Part shown: positions 22,910-32,427 of the stretch, in pieces
How the letters are laid out: every line of letters begins with the position of its first letter
Position numbering within the stretch: the stretch's first letter is position 1
The notes under the pieces: model-generated
Database searches by the model: none
Seen by the model: only the letters and a program-made list of their open reading frames with translations
Told to the model about the DNA's origin: nothing
Virus record (IMG/VR): IMGVR_UViG_3300015050_000991
Span: 1 to 41,435 of that record
Direction: 5' to 3' (one strand)
Source: a virus
Taxonomy: Duplodnaviria; Caudoviricetes
Length of the DNA stretch: 41,435 nucleotides
Program-made: the position numbers and the translations under genes

Positions 22910-24231
22910 GAATTGACCTTCCCCATCAATGGGGACCGCGTGACTACCAAGAGCCGCTCTGGAAGTTCATGCACGGCGGCGGCAAGCGTGCTGTGGCTAT
23001 CTGGCCTCGCCGTCACGGTAAGGACGACGTCGCGCTTCACTTCACGGCTTGCGCGGCTCATGAGCGGGTCGGCACGTATTGGCATTTGCTCCCGCAGCAG
23101 AACCAAGCCCGCAAAGCTATTTGGAACGCTGTTAACCCCCACACAGGACGGCGGCGCATTGACGATGCGTTTCCCAAGGAACTGCGGGAAGCCACTCGCG
23201 ACGATGAGATGTTCATCCGGTTCAAGACCGGTTCAACGTGGCAAGTCATCGGATCTGACAACTATGACGCCCTGGTCGGCACGCCGCCGATCGGTGTCGT
23301 CTTCTCAGAATGGGCTCTAAGCGATCCGCAAGCCTGGTCCCTCATCCGCCCGATCCTTCTGGAGAATGGCGGCTGGTCGATCTTCATCACCACGCCTCGC
23401 GGTCGCAATCACGCCTATCGCATGTTTCAGATGGCAGAGCAGTCAAACGACTGGTTCGCCGAACGCCTCCAGGCCGATGAAACGAGTGTTTTCACCGCAG
23501 ACCAGCTAGCGACCGAACGGGCCGAACTGGTCGCAGAGCGCGGCGAGGGTGACGGCGAGGCGATTTACGAACAGGAGTACATGACGTCGTGGTCAGCGGC
23601 GTTGCCTGGCGCTTACTACGCCAAGGTCATCGACAAGTTGGAGAAGGATGGGCGCCTAACCACGGTCCCTTACAATCCAGCCCGGCAAGTTCACACGTCT
23701 TGGGACCTTGGTGCAGCCGACACGACGGTCATCTGGTTCATGCAGCGCACCGACTTCGGTGGGTGGGCGGCTATCGACTACATCGCCAATTCGTCGGTTG
23801 GCGTGGATTGGTACGTCAAGGAGATCAAGGAGCGAGGTTATCTCTACGGAGAGCACCTTCTGCCCCATGACGGCGACAACCAACAGCTAGCCCAGCCAGA
23901 CGCCGGGTCTATTGCTGACACCGTGCGAGACCTGGGCCTTAACAACGTCCGCGTTGTTCCCAGAACGCCCAGCGTTGCCAACGACATCAACGAGGTTCGC
24001 AAGGTCCTCCCGATGTGCGTGTTCGACAAAGACAAGTGCGCTCACGGCATCGACGCCCTGCGCTCCTATCGCCGCATCTGGGATGAGAAGCTGAAGGCTT
24101 ACCGGGATGCACCGCTCCATGATTGGGCGAGCCACCCAGCAGACGCTTTCCGAACCTTCGCGATGGGCAAGCCCCAAGAGCGCGACACCGCCTCCACTCC
24201 GATCCGCCGCAACATCCGAGGCATTGTCTAG
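22906..24231 (+). CDS. Terminase large subunit
   Basis: PRDYQ, Walker A RRHGKD, Walker B VVFSE, TTPRG, nuclease WDLG..D and HDWASHPADAFR. Confidence 0.93.
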   Translation: MRIDLPHQWGPRDYQEPLWKFMHGGGKRAVAIWPRRHGKDDVALHFTACAAHERVGTYWHLLPQQNQARKAIWNAVNPHTGRRRIDDAFPKELREATRDDEMFIRFKTGSTWQVIGSDNYDALVGTPPIGVVFSEWALSDPQAWSLIRPILLENGGWSIFITTPRGRNHAYRMFQMAEQSNDWFAERLQADETSVFTADQLATERAELVAERGEGDGEAIYEQEYMTSWSAALPGAYYAKVIDKLEKDGRLTTVPYNPARQVHTSWDLGAADTTVIWFMQRTDFGGWAAIDYIANSSVGVDWYVKEIKERGYLYGEHLLPHDGDNQQLAQPDAGSIADTVRDLGLNNVRVVPRTPSVANDINEVRKVLPMCVFDKDKCAHGIDALRSYRRIWDEKLKAYRDAPLHDWASHPADAFRTFAMGKPQERDTASTPIRRNIRGIV

Positions 24232-24232
24232 C

Positions 24233-26380
24233 ATGGCGGAATCTATCCCCGAGCCCAAGGCCATGAGCCTGTTGGAGCTACAATCGGTCGTGGCTGCGCA
24301 GATCAACGACGCGGCGACCTACATTGACAGCAACGTCGCCATCGAACGGGCAGAGGCCACTAAATACTATCGCGGCGACAAGTTCGGGGATGAGGAAGAC
24401 GGTCGCTCGCAGGCCATCTCCCGCGACGTTCACGACACGGTTAACGCCATCACGCCCAGCCTGATGCGGATCTTCTTTGGCCCCGAGCAGGTGGTCGAGT
24501 TTGTCCCGCAAGGCCCTGAGGACGTGGAGATGGCCAAGCAGGCCACCGATTACGTCAATTACATTTTCACCAAGGACAACCCCGGCTTTGAAATCACCCT
24601 GGCGGTGATCAAGGACGCGCTGATCCGTAAGGCTGGCATCGTCAAATGGTGGTGGGACGAATCCGAAGAGGTCCGCACGGTCGAATATAGCGGGCTCTCG
24701 GAAGACAGCCTTTCGATGCTGATGACCGACCTGGAAGGCGCTGAGAAGGCCGAACTGGTCGAGAGCGAGCAGGACGAAGACGGAAATCTTGAGGTCACGA
24801 TCAGGCTAACCCGCAAGCGCGACCGCGTTGTGGTTCAGGCCCTGCCGCCCGAAGAGTTCCTGATCGACCGTAACGCCCGCGACATCGACGAAGCCACGTT
24901 TGTTGCTCACCGGACGATGAAGACCGTCTCCGAGCTTGTGGCGATGGGCTATGACGAGGACGACGTTAAGGAACAGTCGGAAGAGGGCGACGAACTGCGG
25001 TTCAACCTCGACCGCCTGTCGCGTAATCCCTACGCCCAGATGTTCGGCGTTGTTCCCAACCTCGACCCGGCCGGTAAGCTGGTGCTCTACGTCGAGAGCT
25101 ATCAGAAGGTGGACGTTGACGGCGATGGCATTGCCGAACTCGTCAAGGTCTGCACCATCGGCCCGACGTTCAAGATCGTCTATTGGGAACCGGTAGAAAG
25201 CCGGAACTTCGCGGCGTTTATCTGCGACCCAGAGCCTCACACGTTCTTCGGCTATTCGATTGCCGACAAGACGATGGACATTCAGCGCATTAAGTCGGCG
25301 CTCTTGCGGAGTGCTCTCGACAGCCTGTCGCTGACCATCAACCCGCGCGCCACGGTGAACACGCGCACGGGTGGTCCGAACATCCTAGCCGACGCTCAGA
25401 ACACCGAGATCGGCGCTCTAATCCGCACCGAGGATAGTTCAGCCTATAACGTCGTTGTGACCCCTGACGTGTCGCCTAGCGCCTTTGAGGCAATGGGCTA
25501 CATGGATCAGGTCAAGGAATCCCGGACGGGTATGAGCCGGGTGTCGCTTGGCCTTGATCCCCAGGCGCTTCAGAACACGACGGCGACGGCTGCTGCTGGC
25601 CAGTTCTCGCAGTCTCAACAGCACATTGAACTCATCGCCCGCATCTTTGCCGAGACCGGCTGGAAGCGGCTGTTCCGTGGCATCCTCAAGCTGGTCTGCG
25701 AGAACCAGCGCAAAGAGCGGGTGATCAACCTCACCGGCGATTGGGTTCCGATGGACCCGCGCGGCTGGAAGGCTGACATGGACGTAACGGCCAATGTCGC
25801 CCTTGGCGGCGGTACGGACGGCGAGAAAATGGTGATCCTTGGCCAGATCAAGGAAACGCAAGAAGGCATTATCCAGCAATACGGCCCTGACAACCCCTTG
25901 GTTGGCATGGAGCAGTATCACCACACGCTGTCTCAGATGCTTCAGATCGCGGGCTTCAAGAACCCGGACGCGTTCTTCCGAGATCCTGCCAAAGAGCCGC
26001 CTAAGCCGCCTGCGCCACCGCCTGAAGACCCCAAGATGGTCGAAATTCAGGGCAGGCTTCAGGTGGAGCAGGCCAAGCTTCAAATGGCGCAGCAGTCCGA
26101 CCAGGCCAAGTTCGAGCAGGCGCAGCAAAAGGCGCTTGGCGAGTATCAGCTAAGGCAGGCTCAAGCCGAGAGCGACCACCAATTGCAGCTTGAGCGCATG
26201 GCGATGGAAGCCGACCTCAAGCGCGAGCAACTGGCCGCTGAAATCGACCTGAAGCGCGAACAGCTCGCGGCGGAACTGGAGCTTAAGCGCCAGCAGATGA
26301 CCGCCGAACTGGCCTTGCAGGTTCAGACGCAGGACTCGTCGGACATTGGCGAAGTGAACGTGGGCGGTGATCCGGGGTGA
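24233..26380 (+). CDS. Portal protein, P22-like, with C-terminal helical barrel
   Basis: KYYRGD..GRSQAISRDVHDTV, KDALIRKAGIVKWWWD, PPEEFL; Gln-rich coiled C-terminus. Confidence 0.92.
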   Translation: MAESIPEPKAMSLLELQSVVAAQINDAATYIDSNVAIERAEATKYYRGDKFGDEEDGRSQAISRDVHDTVNAITPSLMRIFFGPEQVVEFVPQGPEDVEMAKQATDYVNYIFTKDNPGFEITLAVIKDALIRKAGIVKWWWDESEEVRTVEYSGLSEDSLSMLMTDLEGAEKAELVESEQDEDGNLEVTIRLTRKRDRVVVQALPPEEFLIDRNARDIDEATFVAHRTMKTVSELVAMGYDEDDVKEQSEEGDELRFNLDRLSRNPYAQMFGVVPNLDPAGKLVLYVESYQKVDVDGDGIAELVKVCTIGPTFKIVYWEPVESRNFAAFICDPEPHTFFGYSIADKTMDIQRIKSALLRSALDSLSLTINPRATVNTRTGGPNILADAQNTEIGALIRTEDSSAYNVVVTPDVSPSAFEAMGYMDQVKESRTGMSRVSLGLDPQALQNTTATAAAGQFSQSQQHIELIARIFAETGWKRLFRGILKLVCENQRKERVINLTGDWVPMDPRGWKADMDVTANVALGGGTDGEKMVILGQIKETQEGIIQQYGPDNPLVGMEQYHHTLSQMLQIAGFKNPDAFFRDPAKEPPKPPAPPPEDPKMVEIQGRLQVEQAKLQMAQQSDQAKFEQAQQKALGEYQLRQAQAESDHQLQLERMAMEADLKREQLAAEIDLKREQLAAELELKRQQMTAELALQVQTQDSSDIGEVNVGGDPG

Positions 26381-26565
26381 TCCGCATCCTTGAGGACACC
26401 GCCTCGCGCCGTGTCGCTGTAACGCAGCATGGCTCTCGGACCACGGTTCACATCAACGACACGCCAAAAGATGACCGCGCTTGGGAACGTGTTCGGCTGT
26501 TTGAGCGTGGCGACGTTCGGGACATTCTGATCAGGCGTCTTGCTGACAGGGGCATCCACCTTTGA
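26377..26565 (+). CDS. Hypothetical protein
   Basis: GTG start coupled to the portal stop. Confidence 0.55.
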   Translation: MIRILEDTASRRVAVTQHGSRTTVHINDTPKDDRAWERVRLFERGDVRDILIRRLADRGIHL

Positions 26566-26810
26566 CCGAAGACGAACGTGTCCGCGCCCTTCGCGCTCAA
26601 GCCCTCCTTGGCGACGAGACCCTTAACGAGGCGCTTGCAGCCCTCGAGGCCCGCGTTCTGGACCTCTGGAAGAACACTTCACCGGGCGCCGTTACGGCCC
26701 GCGAAGAACTGGCCGCAGAGATGCGCGCCATTCAATCCATCCGCGTCCAGCTTCAAACCTGGGTCTCGGATTTGGCCTTTGCCGTGCGTCAACAGGAACG
26801 CCGGTCTTAA
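26562..26810 (+). CDS. Small conserved protein between portal and scaffold
   Basis: RAQALLGDETL..LWKNTSP...REEL pattern. Confidence 0.7.
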   Translation: MTEDERVRALRAQALLGDETLNEALAALEARVLDLWKNTSPGAVTAREELAAEMRAIQSIRVQLQTWVSDLAFAVRQQERRS

Positions 26811-26823
26811 CCCCAGGTGACAC

Positions 26824-27792
26824 ATGAATGAGCCCAGCACGTCGCAAGACACTGGAGCCCTGACGGAGGCGCAAGCCGCGTCTGCCTTTGCCGACATGCT
26901 AGACGGTGACGTCCAAAGCGATGACGGCGAGGCGTTGGAGGGGGAAACCTCTCAAACCGAAGCTGAACCCGAAGGCCAAGAGCCTGACGATGAAGTCGAG
27001 GAGGTCTCAGACGAGGCCGATGGCGACGACGAGCAAACAGAGCAACCAGCAACCTACCGCGTCAAGATCGACGGCGAAGAGGTTGAGGTCACGCTCGACG
27101 AGGCTCTGAAGGGCTATCAGCGCGAAAGGGACTACACCCGCAAGACGCAGGAGGTCGCCCAGCAGCGCAAAGCGCTTGTTGAGCAGGAAGCCTCTTTCGC
27201 AGCGGAACGCGAACGTGCTCGCAACCTTCTGGCGGTCCTTGAAACCCGCCTGGCAGACACGGACGACACCGAAGACCTAGAAGCCCTGCGCTATGACAAC
27301 CCCGGCGAATATGCCGCTCGGGTTGCCGAGAAGTTGCAGCGTGCGGAGTTGGCTAAAGCAGCCGCCGCCGAACGCCAGCGACTTGAGGAGCAGGACAAGG
27401 CAACGCAGGCGCAACAGCGTCAAGCGGAAGTCGCAGAAGAGATGGGCAAGCTCCTAACGGCGCTCCCCGCTTGGAAAGACCCCGCCGTCGCTCAGCGTGA
27501 ATACGCGCAGATCCTCGAGACGATCAAGTCAGTCGGCTACACCGAGCAAGACCTGACCGAAACGATGGACCATCGCAACTTCCTGTTGGCCAAGAAGGCG
27601 GCGGCTTACGACGCCCTCAAAGCCAAGAGCCCGCAAATCAAGCCTAAGGTTTCGATCGTTCAGGTCGCCCGGCCCGGTACAACCACGGCCCCCGCAAGCA
27701 AGGTCACCGAGGAAACGCGCGCGAAACAACGTCTCGCAAAGACGGGCAAGGAGGCTGACGCCGCTGCCCTCTTCCTCAAAATGCTTGGATAG
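26824..27792 (+). CDS. Scaffolding protein
   Basis: Acidic N-terminus, YRVKIDGEEVEVTLDEALKGYQRERDYTRKTQE, coiled coil; directly precedes the capsid gene. Confidence 0.88.
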   Translation: MNEPSTSQDTGALTEAQAASAFADMLDGDVQSDDGEALEGETSQTEAEPEGQEPDDEVEEVSDEADGDDEQTEQPATYRVKIDGEEVEVTLDEALKGYQRERDYTRKTQEVAQQRKALVEQEASFAAERERARNLLAVLETRLADTDDTEDLEALRYDNPGEYAARVAEKLQRAELAKAAAAERQRLEEQDKATQAQQRQAEVAEEMGKLLTALPAWKDPAVAQREYAQILETIKSVGYTEQDLTETMDHRNFLLAKKAAAYDALKAKSPQIKPKVSIVQVARPGTTTAPASKVTEETRAKQRLAKTGKEADAAALFLKMLG

Positions 27793-27804
27793 GGATCCAA
27801 TCTC

Positions 27805-28764
27805 ATGACTATGGCTACCAACGCCTTCAATACCTTTGATGCCAAGGGTATTCGCGAAGACCTGTCGAACATCATCTATAACATCAGCCCGACCGAAACC
27901 CCTTTCGTCTCGAACATCGGCAAGCGCTCGGCCAAGAACACCTATTTCGAGTGGCAGACGGACGCCCTGGCTTCGGCCGTGACAACCAACGCCCAGCTTG
28001 AAGGCGATGACGTCTCGGCCGCTGCTGTGACCCCGACCACTCGCGTGGGCAACTACACCCAGATCTCGAACAAGACCTGGACCATCTCGGGCACCCTGGA
28101 AGCCGTCGACAAGGCCGGTCGCAAGACCGAACAAGCCTATCAGATGGCCAAGAAGGGCAAGGAGCTGAAGCGCGACGTCGAGGCCACCCTGACCTCCTCG
28201 CAAGTCGCTGTGTCGGGCGGCACGACCACGGCCCGCAAAACGGCTGCTTTCGACACCTGGCTGACCTCGAACGTCTCGGCTGGCGCCGGTGGCGGTGGCT
28301 ACACCTACACCACGACCCCGATCACCGCTCGCACCACCGGCACGCTCCGCGCCTATACCGAGAACATCCTGAAGTCGGAAATCAAGAGCACCTGGGCTTC
28401 GGGTGGTTCGCTCTCCATGCTGATGGTTGGCCCCGTCAACAAGCAGCGCGCTTCGGGCTTCGCGGGTATCGCTGACATCCGCGTCAACTCGGACGGCAAG
28501 AGCCAAGCGGCCATTGTCGGCGCCGCTGACCTCTACGTCTCGGACTTCGGCAAGGTGGACGTGGTTCCTAACCGCTTCATGCCGGAAGATCGCGCCTACC
28601 TGATCGACCCGGACTACGTGTCGCTGGCCACCCTGCGCCCCTATCAGGCCCAGCAGCTCGCCAAGACCGGCGACGCCGAAAAGTGGATGATGCTGGTCGA
28701 ATACGGCCTGCAAGTGGACAACCAAGCCGCACACGGCGTCTCGCGCGACCTGACCACGACCTAA
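27805..28764 (+). CDS. Major capsid protein (DUF5309/SU10-type)
   Basis: GIREDLSNIIYNISPTETPF, EWQTDAL, NYTQI, KELKRDVE, SDFG, LAKTGD. Confidence 0.92.
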   Translation: MTMATNAFNTFDAKGIREDLSNIIYNISPTETPFVSNIGKRSAKNTYFEWQTDALASAVTTNAQLEGDDVSAAAVTPTTRVGNYTQISNKTWTISGTLEAVDKAGRKTEQAYQMAKKGKELKRDVEATLTSSQVAVSGGTTTARKTAAFDTWLTSNVSAGAGGGGYTYTTTPITARTTGTLRAYTENILKSEIKSTWASGGSLSMLMVGPVNKQRASGFAGIADIRVNSDGKSQAAIVGAADLYVSDFGKVDVVPNRFMPEDRAYLIDPDYVSLATLRPYQAQQLAKTGDAEKWMMLVEYGLQVDNQAAHGVSRDLTTT

Positions 28765-28790
28765 CACGGTCTGACAACTCTGCACTGACT

Positions 28791-28819
28791 AGGGCGGCCT
28801 TCGGGTCGCCCTTTTTATT
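28791..28819 (+). terminator. Rho-independent terminator after the capsid gene
   Basis: AGGGCGGCC-TTCG-GGTCGCCCT-TTTTATT. Confidence 0.85.
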
Positions 28820-28828
28820 GGAGGCTAC

Positions 28829-29161
28829 ATGAGCCGCCGTTTCTTCGATTACGACCCCCACACTGGTGTGACCGAATGGTTCCACGAGTCTGACGACGGC
28901 AACAGTTTCACGATTGAAGCCGAGCAAGACCTTTCCGCGCTGATCGACCTGAACAAGGCGCAGTTCAACACCTTTACCTCAGCCCGCGACACCTTCGGGG
29001 ATGGCGCGGAATTGACCGGCCGCTCGCATGTGGCCCGCATCCCCGCCGTCATTCACAGCCAGCTTATCGCAGACGGCACGCTTCGCGATCAGAAGCGCCT
29101 CAAGGCTTGGCTGAATGATCCCGACAACGCGGTTTTCCGCACGCGCCCAGGTGTCGTTTGA
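28829..29161 (+). CDS. Conserved protein downstream of the capsid gene
   Basis: HVARIP...KAWLNDPDNAVFRT; SD GGAGG. Confidence 0.8.
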   Translation: MSRRFFDYDPHTGVTEWFHESDDGNSFTIEAEQDLSALIDLNKAQFNTFTSARDTFGDGAELTGRSHVARIPAVIHSQLIADGTLRDQKRLKAWLNDPDNAVFRTRPGVV

Positions 29162-29838
29162 AGGTTCTCGTCGGTGTCCCGGCGCGCGATAGCGTGATGA
29201 CGGGCTTTGCTCATTCTCTGGCCGTCATGGTGGCGAGAACCGCCGCATCGACGGACATTGAAATCCGCCTGTCGTTCTCGGCTGGCACCCTGATTTGCAA
29301 CCAGCGCGACCAACTGGCCAAGGAGGCCATCCGGTGCGGTGCGGATTGGCTGCTGTTCATCGACAGCGACATGAGGTTCCCGGCTGATGCGCTGTTGCGC
29401 TTGCTGGCCCATGATCAGCCTATCGTCGCGTGCAACTACACCGCCCGCCGCGCTCCGGCTGAACCGGTAGCGTTCAAGGGTCTGGTTAGCTGCGAGAAGC
29501 TCTGGACGGTCACCGAGAGCACCGGGCTTGAAGAGTGCGCCGCCGTAGGGATGGGCCTCTATCTGGTTCACACCGACGTGCTGAAGGCCATGAAGGCCCC
29601 GCTGTTTTACATCCCCTACGTCCCCGAAGCGGACGGCTATTGGGGCGAGGACGTCTGGTTCTGCAATCAGGCCCGCAAGGCTGGCTTTCCGACCCTGATC
29701 GACCACGACCTGTCCAAAGAGGTCAAACACATCGGCCTTCGTGAATACGACTTCCACGATGCCGAAGACATGCGCGAGCACGTCACGGCCGAGTGGGAAG
29801 CGGGCCGGATGCGGAAAGACCGTGTGGAGGCCGCATGA
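29158..29838 (+). CDS. GT-A fold (GT2-like) glycosyltransferase
   Basis: VLVGVPARD, NQRDQLA, WLLFIDSDMRF (DxD), AVGMGLYLV, GEDVWFC, IDHDLS..HIG. Confidence 0.82.
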   Translation: MKVLVGVPARDSVMTGFAHSLAVMVARTAASTDIEIRLSFSAGTLICNQRDQLAKEAIRCGADWLLFIDSDMRFPADALLRLLAHDQPIVACNYTARRAPAEPVAFKGLVSCEKLWTVTESTGLEECAAVGMGLYLVHTDVLKAMKAPLFYIPYVPEADGYWGEDVWFCNQARKAGFPTLIDHDLSKEVKHIGLREYDFHDAEDMREHVTAEWEAGRMRKDRVEAA

Positions 29839-30452
29839 CCTGGACCTATTCACAACTGCAAACCAAGATCGGGACGTTCCTAAACCGATCAGACCTAACC
29901 GCGTCCATTCCCGACTTTATCGCGCTGGCTGAAGCAAAGATGAACCGGCGTCTGGACTGTCGGCAGATGGTGGAAATCGCCACGATCTCGCTGACGGGTG
30001 AGACCTACGCGGTCCCGACCGGCTTTGCGGGTGTGAAGTCCTTCCGGCTCAATACAGACCCAGTTCAGGCGCTTGAATACCGTAATGCGGAGGAGTTTGA
30101 CGACGTTCGGCTTGACGCCTACGCGGCAACGGGACGCCCGACCTATTTCACGATTTCGGGCTCCAGCTTCTATTTCTCGCCCGCGCCTGACTCGACCTAT
30201 TCGGCCCGGCTTCGGTATCGCAAGAAGATCCCCAGCCTGTCGGATACGGTCACGACGAACTGGCTAATCGAAGAACACCCGGACGCCTATCTATATGGCG
30301 CGCTGATGCACTCGGCCCCGTTCCTTATGGCTGATGAGCGACTTTCGGTCTGGGGCGCGCTGTACGAAAGCGCCATTTCCGAGATTAACGGCGACGACGC
30401 CCGGCAGAACCAGGCGGCGAGGCCGTCTGCCCGCGTCAAACGTATCGGCTGA
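29835..30452 (+). CDS. Head-tail adaptor protein
   Basis: TYSQLQTKIGTFLNRSDLTASIPDFIALAEAKMNRRL..TNWLIEEHPDAYLYGAL. Confidence 0.85.
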   Translation: MTWTYSQLQTKIGTFLNRSDLTASIPDFIALAEAKMNRRLDCRQMVEIATISLTGETYAVPTGFAGVKSFRLNTDPVQALEYRNAEEFDDVRLDAYAATGRPTYFTISGSSFYFSPAPDSTYSARLRYRKKIPSLSDTVTTNWLIEEHPDAYLYGALMHSAPFLMADERLSVWGALYESAISEINGDDARQNQAARPSARVKRIG

Positions 30453-30703
30453 TGGCGCTCAACCTCAACACAACGGTGGCCCCGCCCTGGGCTGTCGATT
30501 GGTCAATCGCCCTTCAAAAGGCCTTCGACGAACTGATTTCCGTCCGCATCAAGACGCTGGCCGCTGCTGCTGACCTGCCGCCCGCCGCGCGCTGGGCCTC
30601 TCGCCCGATCTTTGTCCTCGACATCGACGGCGCGGACACCCGAGCGCTCTGCGTGAGCGACGGAACCAACTGGATTCGCACCGATACGGGAGCCGTCGTC
30701 TAA
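30452..30703 (+). CDS. Small virion/tail protein
   Basis: ADLPPAA..LCVSDGTNWIR, fibre-associated pattern. Confidence 0.7.
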   Translation: MALNLNTTVAPPWAVDWSIALQKAFDELISVRIKTLAAAADLPPAARWASRPIFVLDIDGADTRALCVSDGTNWIRTDTGAVV

Positions 30704-31578
30704 TGGCCTCAACACCTACAACCCGTAATGGTTTCGAGAAAATCGGACCAGGCGAACAGAACAACGGCTGGGGTGGGCCTAACGGTCTAAACCGCGTTTT
30801 GGATCTGGTTGACGCTGCCATCGACGGTGTAACGACCATCTCTGCGTCGGGCGCGACGACGCTCACCAGCACGCAATATGTCGCCAACACGGCTCGTCCG
30901 CGCATCCTGAACGTCACCGCCGTTGGCCCGGCCACGATCACCATTCCCAGCGTGGAAAAGTGGTACATCGTCCGCGCTGCGACTGTGAACGTCACGATCA
31001 CCACGGGTGGCGCGACGACCGCGACTATCATTGCAGGCGACATCGCTCTTGTGTTCTGCGACGGCGCTGCGGTTCGCAAGGTGCAGTCAAACGACTTCGG
31101 CGGGGCTCAACTAACCAACCTCGCCGACCCGACGAGCGCGCAATCTGCCGCGACTAAGGCTTATGCCGACGCGCTGGCCTTCGCGGCTCTGGATGGCGAC
31201 CTGCCCGGCCAGACCGGCAACGCGGGCAACTTCCTTGGCACCGACGGCACGGTTGCCGCTTGGGGTCCAGCGCTCCCCCATCCGATCCGCAAGACGGCCA
31301 ATTACACCGCCTCCGATAAGGATCGGATCGAAGCCGACACGACCGGAGGGGCCTTCACCATCACCCTACCGGCAAGCCCGGCTGAAGGTGATTACGTCCA
31401 GGTGTGGGACGGCGGCGCGACGGACGTTCTGAACGGCTGGGCGACGAACAAGGTCACCATTGCCCGCAACAGTTCCTCAATCAACGGCCTGTCGCAGGAC
31501 GTCGAGTGCAACACCAAGGGCGCGGCCCTGACGTTTGAATATCTGAACAGCACATGGAGAGTTCGCATTGGCGCTTAA
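30703..31578 (+). CDS. Tail fibre-like protein
   Basis: TNLADPTSAQSAATKAYAD, LPGQTGNAG, ADTTGGAFTITLPASP, VTIARN. Confidence 0.8.
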   Translation: MASTPTTRNGFEKIGPGEQNNGWGGPNGLNRVLDLVDAAIDGVTTISASGATTLTSTQYVANTARPRILNVTAVGPATITIPSVEKWYIVRAATVNVTITTGGATTATIIAGDIALVFCDGAAVRKVQSNDFGGAQLTNLADPTSAQSAATKAYADALAFAALDGDLPGQTGNAGNFLGTDGTVAAWGPALPHPIRKTANYTASDKDRIEADTTGGAFTITLPASPAEGDYVQVWDGGATDVLNGWATNKVTIARNSSSINGLSQDVECNTKGAALTFEYLNSTWRVRIGA

Positions 31579-32275
31579 TGTTGGGGCTCTCGTTCCTTTC
31601 AGCGCTGGCGGCGCTCAACTCCTCGACCGCCAGGTGTTCAATTCGTCCGGGACGTGGACCAAGCCGACCGACTATGCGGGCAACACCGCGTCGGGCGCCG
31701 GGAAGTTTGCGGTCATCACCTGCATCGGTGGCGGGGCATCGGGTGAAGCGGGCTCCTTTGGCGGCAACGGCAAGGGTGGCGGGCCGGGCGGTAAAACCGT
31801 CGAAACCGTTGCCATCTCCCTTCTGTCTTCCACCGAAACCGTCACGGTAGGGGCGGGCGGTGCTGCAAGCGCTATCGCGGGCGGCGATTCTTCGCTGGGG
31901 ACGTGGGCAAGGGCGGGCGGCGGCAAGGTGGCCACTGGTAGCACCAATGGCGGTGTCGGCTACGGAAACACCGCTCAGTCGATCGCCATTCCCGGCCCGG
32001 CGGATAGCATTCAGTTTCAGACCTTCCCCGGCCAAGGCGGGACGGGCGCAGTTGCGGGCAAGGACAGCCTAAACGCGCCGGGCGGGGCCGTTAGCGCGGC
32101 TGGTACGGCTGCAAGCGGCAACGGCTGCGGCGGCGGCGGCGGCGGTGGCGCATCAAGTACGGCTGGTGGCGCGGGTGGCGCTCCTGGCGGCGGCGGTGGC
32201 GGTGGCGGGTCGGGCGCCACAACTGCGGGCGGCGCTGGTGGCACGGGCCGGGTCATCGTTGAGGTGTACGGCTGA
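31568..32275 (+). CDS. Glycine-rich tail fibre tip / adhesin protein
   Basis: TTG start after GGAGA; QVFNSSGTWTKP..IGGGASG..VTVGAGG..GGAGGTGRVIV. Confidence 0.8.
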   Translation: MALNVGALVPFSAGGAQLLDRQVFNSSGTWTKPTDYAGNTASGAGKFAVITCIGGGASGEAGSFGGNGKGGGPGGKTVETVAISLLSSTETVTVGAGGAASAIAGGDSSLGTWARAGGGKVATGSTNGGVGYGNTAQSIAIPGPADSIQFQTFPGQGGTGAVAGKDSLNAPGGAVSAAGTAASGNGCGGGGGGGASSTAGGAGGAPGGGGGGGGSGATTAGGAGGTGRVIVEVYG

Positions 32276-32427
32276 TGCGTTACGCCATCGTCATCAACGG
32301 CGCTGTCGCTAATGTCGTCATTTGGGACGGTGTGGCGCAATGGACGCCTGACCAAGGCGAGGCCGTTGCTTGCCCTGATGAAGTCGGCATCGGCTGGACC
32401 TATGACGGCGAGTTCTCTGCGCCGTGA
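32275..32427 (+). CDS. Small tail-fibre assembly-like protein (50 aa)
   Basis: MRYAIVINGAVANVVIWDG...VGIGWTYDGEFSAP; absent from the ORF track. Confidence 0.75.
   Translation: MRYAIVINGAVANVVIWDGVAQWTPDQGEAVACPDEVGIGWTYDGEFSAP

Noticed and set aside
23290-23320. Walker B reading VVFSE rather than DE in TerL
   Set aside because: A variant I recognise from this terminase group; the other motifs are intact, so it is not evidence of inactivation.
31554-31850. Possible frameshift at the tail-fibre/glycine-rich gene junction (TAATG at 31576)
   Set aside because: A TTG start at 31568 with a GGAGA SD explains the glycine-rich gene; no slippery sequence seen.
32120-32245. GGC microsatellite-like tracts
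   Set aside because: They encode poly-Gly in the fibre protein.
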